64,000 bases of DNA, taken from an uncultured Halobacteriales archaeon. Its GTDB lineage: Archaea; Halobacteriota; Halobacteria; Halobacteriales; Hikarchaeaceae. A model generated the notes under the pieces. The model was not told the DNA's origin, ran no database searches, and saw only the letters and a list, made by a program, of their open reading frames with translations. This document shows, one piece after another, positions 63,684-64,000 of this stretch. The stretch is from NCBI GenBank assembly GCA_964554565.1, contig CAZKPC010000001.1, positions 16,956 through 80,955 on the forward strand, written 5' to 3'. The first letter of the stretch is position 1, and every line of letters starts with the position of its first letter. The position numbers and the translations under genes are program-made.

Positions 63684-64000
63684 ATGGTCACGGTTCGTCC
63701 TGCCAGACCGGACGAACAGTCCGCCATTCTCGCCCTCCACCAGGCGTCGATCCGGGCCTTCGGCCCCGAGGCGTACGCGCCCCGCCAGGTGCGGGCCTGG
63801 GCGGAGAAGGACGAGCCGGACTACCCCATCGACGATGGCGACCATCGGTTCGTCGTGGCGGAACGAAGGGGAGAACTCGCCGGGTTCGGGGATCTCGACT
63901 ACTCGGCAGCGGAAATCACTGCCGTGTACGTCCACCCGGACCACACCCGAACCGGGGTCGGCACTGCGACTCTCGAGGACCTCGAGGCGGCCGCCCGGCG
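63684..64000 (+). CDS. GNAT family N-acetyltransferase (3-prime end beyond the window)
   Basis: My own translation from ATG 63684: MVTVRPARPDEQSAILALHQASIRAF..AVYVHPDHTRTGVGTATLEDLE (acetyl-CoA loop R-x-x-G-x-G/A). It is absent from the track because no stop lies inside the window. Confidence 0.7.
   Translation, partial: MVTVRPARPDEQSAILALHQASIRAFGPEAYAPRQVRAWAEKDEPDYPIDDGDHRFVVAERRGELAGFGDLDYSAAEITAVYVHPDHTRTGVGTATLEDLEAAAR

Noticed and set aside
1-64000. Window-wide visual search for CRISPR arrays, IS elements or transposases, integrases, rRNA or tRNA genes, and replication-origin ORB repeats or orc1/cdc6.
   Set aside because: I saw no regularly spaced direct repeats, no transposase- or integrase-like ORFs, no rRNA or tRNA signatures and no orc1/cdc6 gene. 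GAAAC-containing repeats near 44900-44970 do not match the ORB consensus as I recall it. The absence is by eye only and should be confirmed with tRNAscan-SE, Infernal and a repeat finder.

Overview
This window is a gene-dense, visibly GC-rich (about two-thirds G+C by eye, not computed) core chromosomal segment of a haloarchaeon (class Halobacteria). Supporting evidence: strongly acidic predicted proteins; archaea-specific genes (TFS, NAC, SecE, Spt5/NusG, aCPSF1/FttA, archaeal DtdA, Dph6, G1P dehydrogenase EgsA, NreA); haloarchaeal-style fusions (FolC-FolP, PurN-like/AICAR transformylase); TATA-like boxes about 25-30 nt ahead of several start codons; and many ATGA/GTGA/TAATG start-stop overlaps. 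I call 65 protein-coding genes plus one speculative 22-codon ORF. The main blocks, in order: (1) a dapA-dapB-dapD-lysA operon; (2) purB, purN-like/purH and folCP; (3) an S9 peptidase, CPBP protease and ABC-2 exporter chain; (4) egsA, an epimerase, a lipoprotein and gltB; (5) proS and a NUDIX gene; (6) aCPSF1; (7) a DsbA-like lipoprotein with a CxxC membrane partner; (8) nth and a flavin reductase; (9) aroE; (10) dtdA, ftsZ, secE and nusG; (11) an AN1-rhomboid/endonuclease V operon; (12) PolX; (13) a membrane protein with a HiPIP-like Cys motif; (14) two further CPBP proteases; (15) nreA. I saw no rRNA, tRNA, CRISPR array, transposase/integrase, prophage or long repeat by eye. The many long Arg/Pro/Gly-rich ORFs in the track that lie antisense or out of frame to these genes are GC-content artefacts. 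Nothing resembles a recognisable defence island. The best leads for something undescribed are: the Tat-lipoprotein thioredoxin plus CxxC membrane protein pair; the translationally coupled peptidase/CPBP/ABC-2 chain with a nearby SD-led micro-ORF; a membrane-tethered HiPIP-like module; an RNase Z-like motif in the DtdA C-terminal extension; and several unusually long structured intergenic spacers. All function calls rest on motif recognition from memory, with no database search run. Where start codons differ from the ORF track, I chose them from conserved N-termini, overlaps or TATA/SD context.
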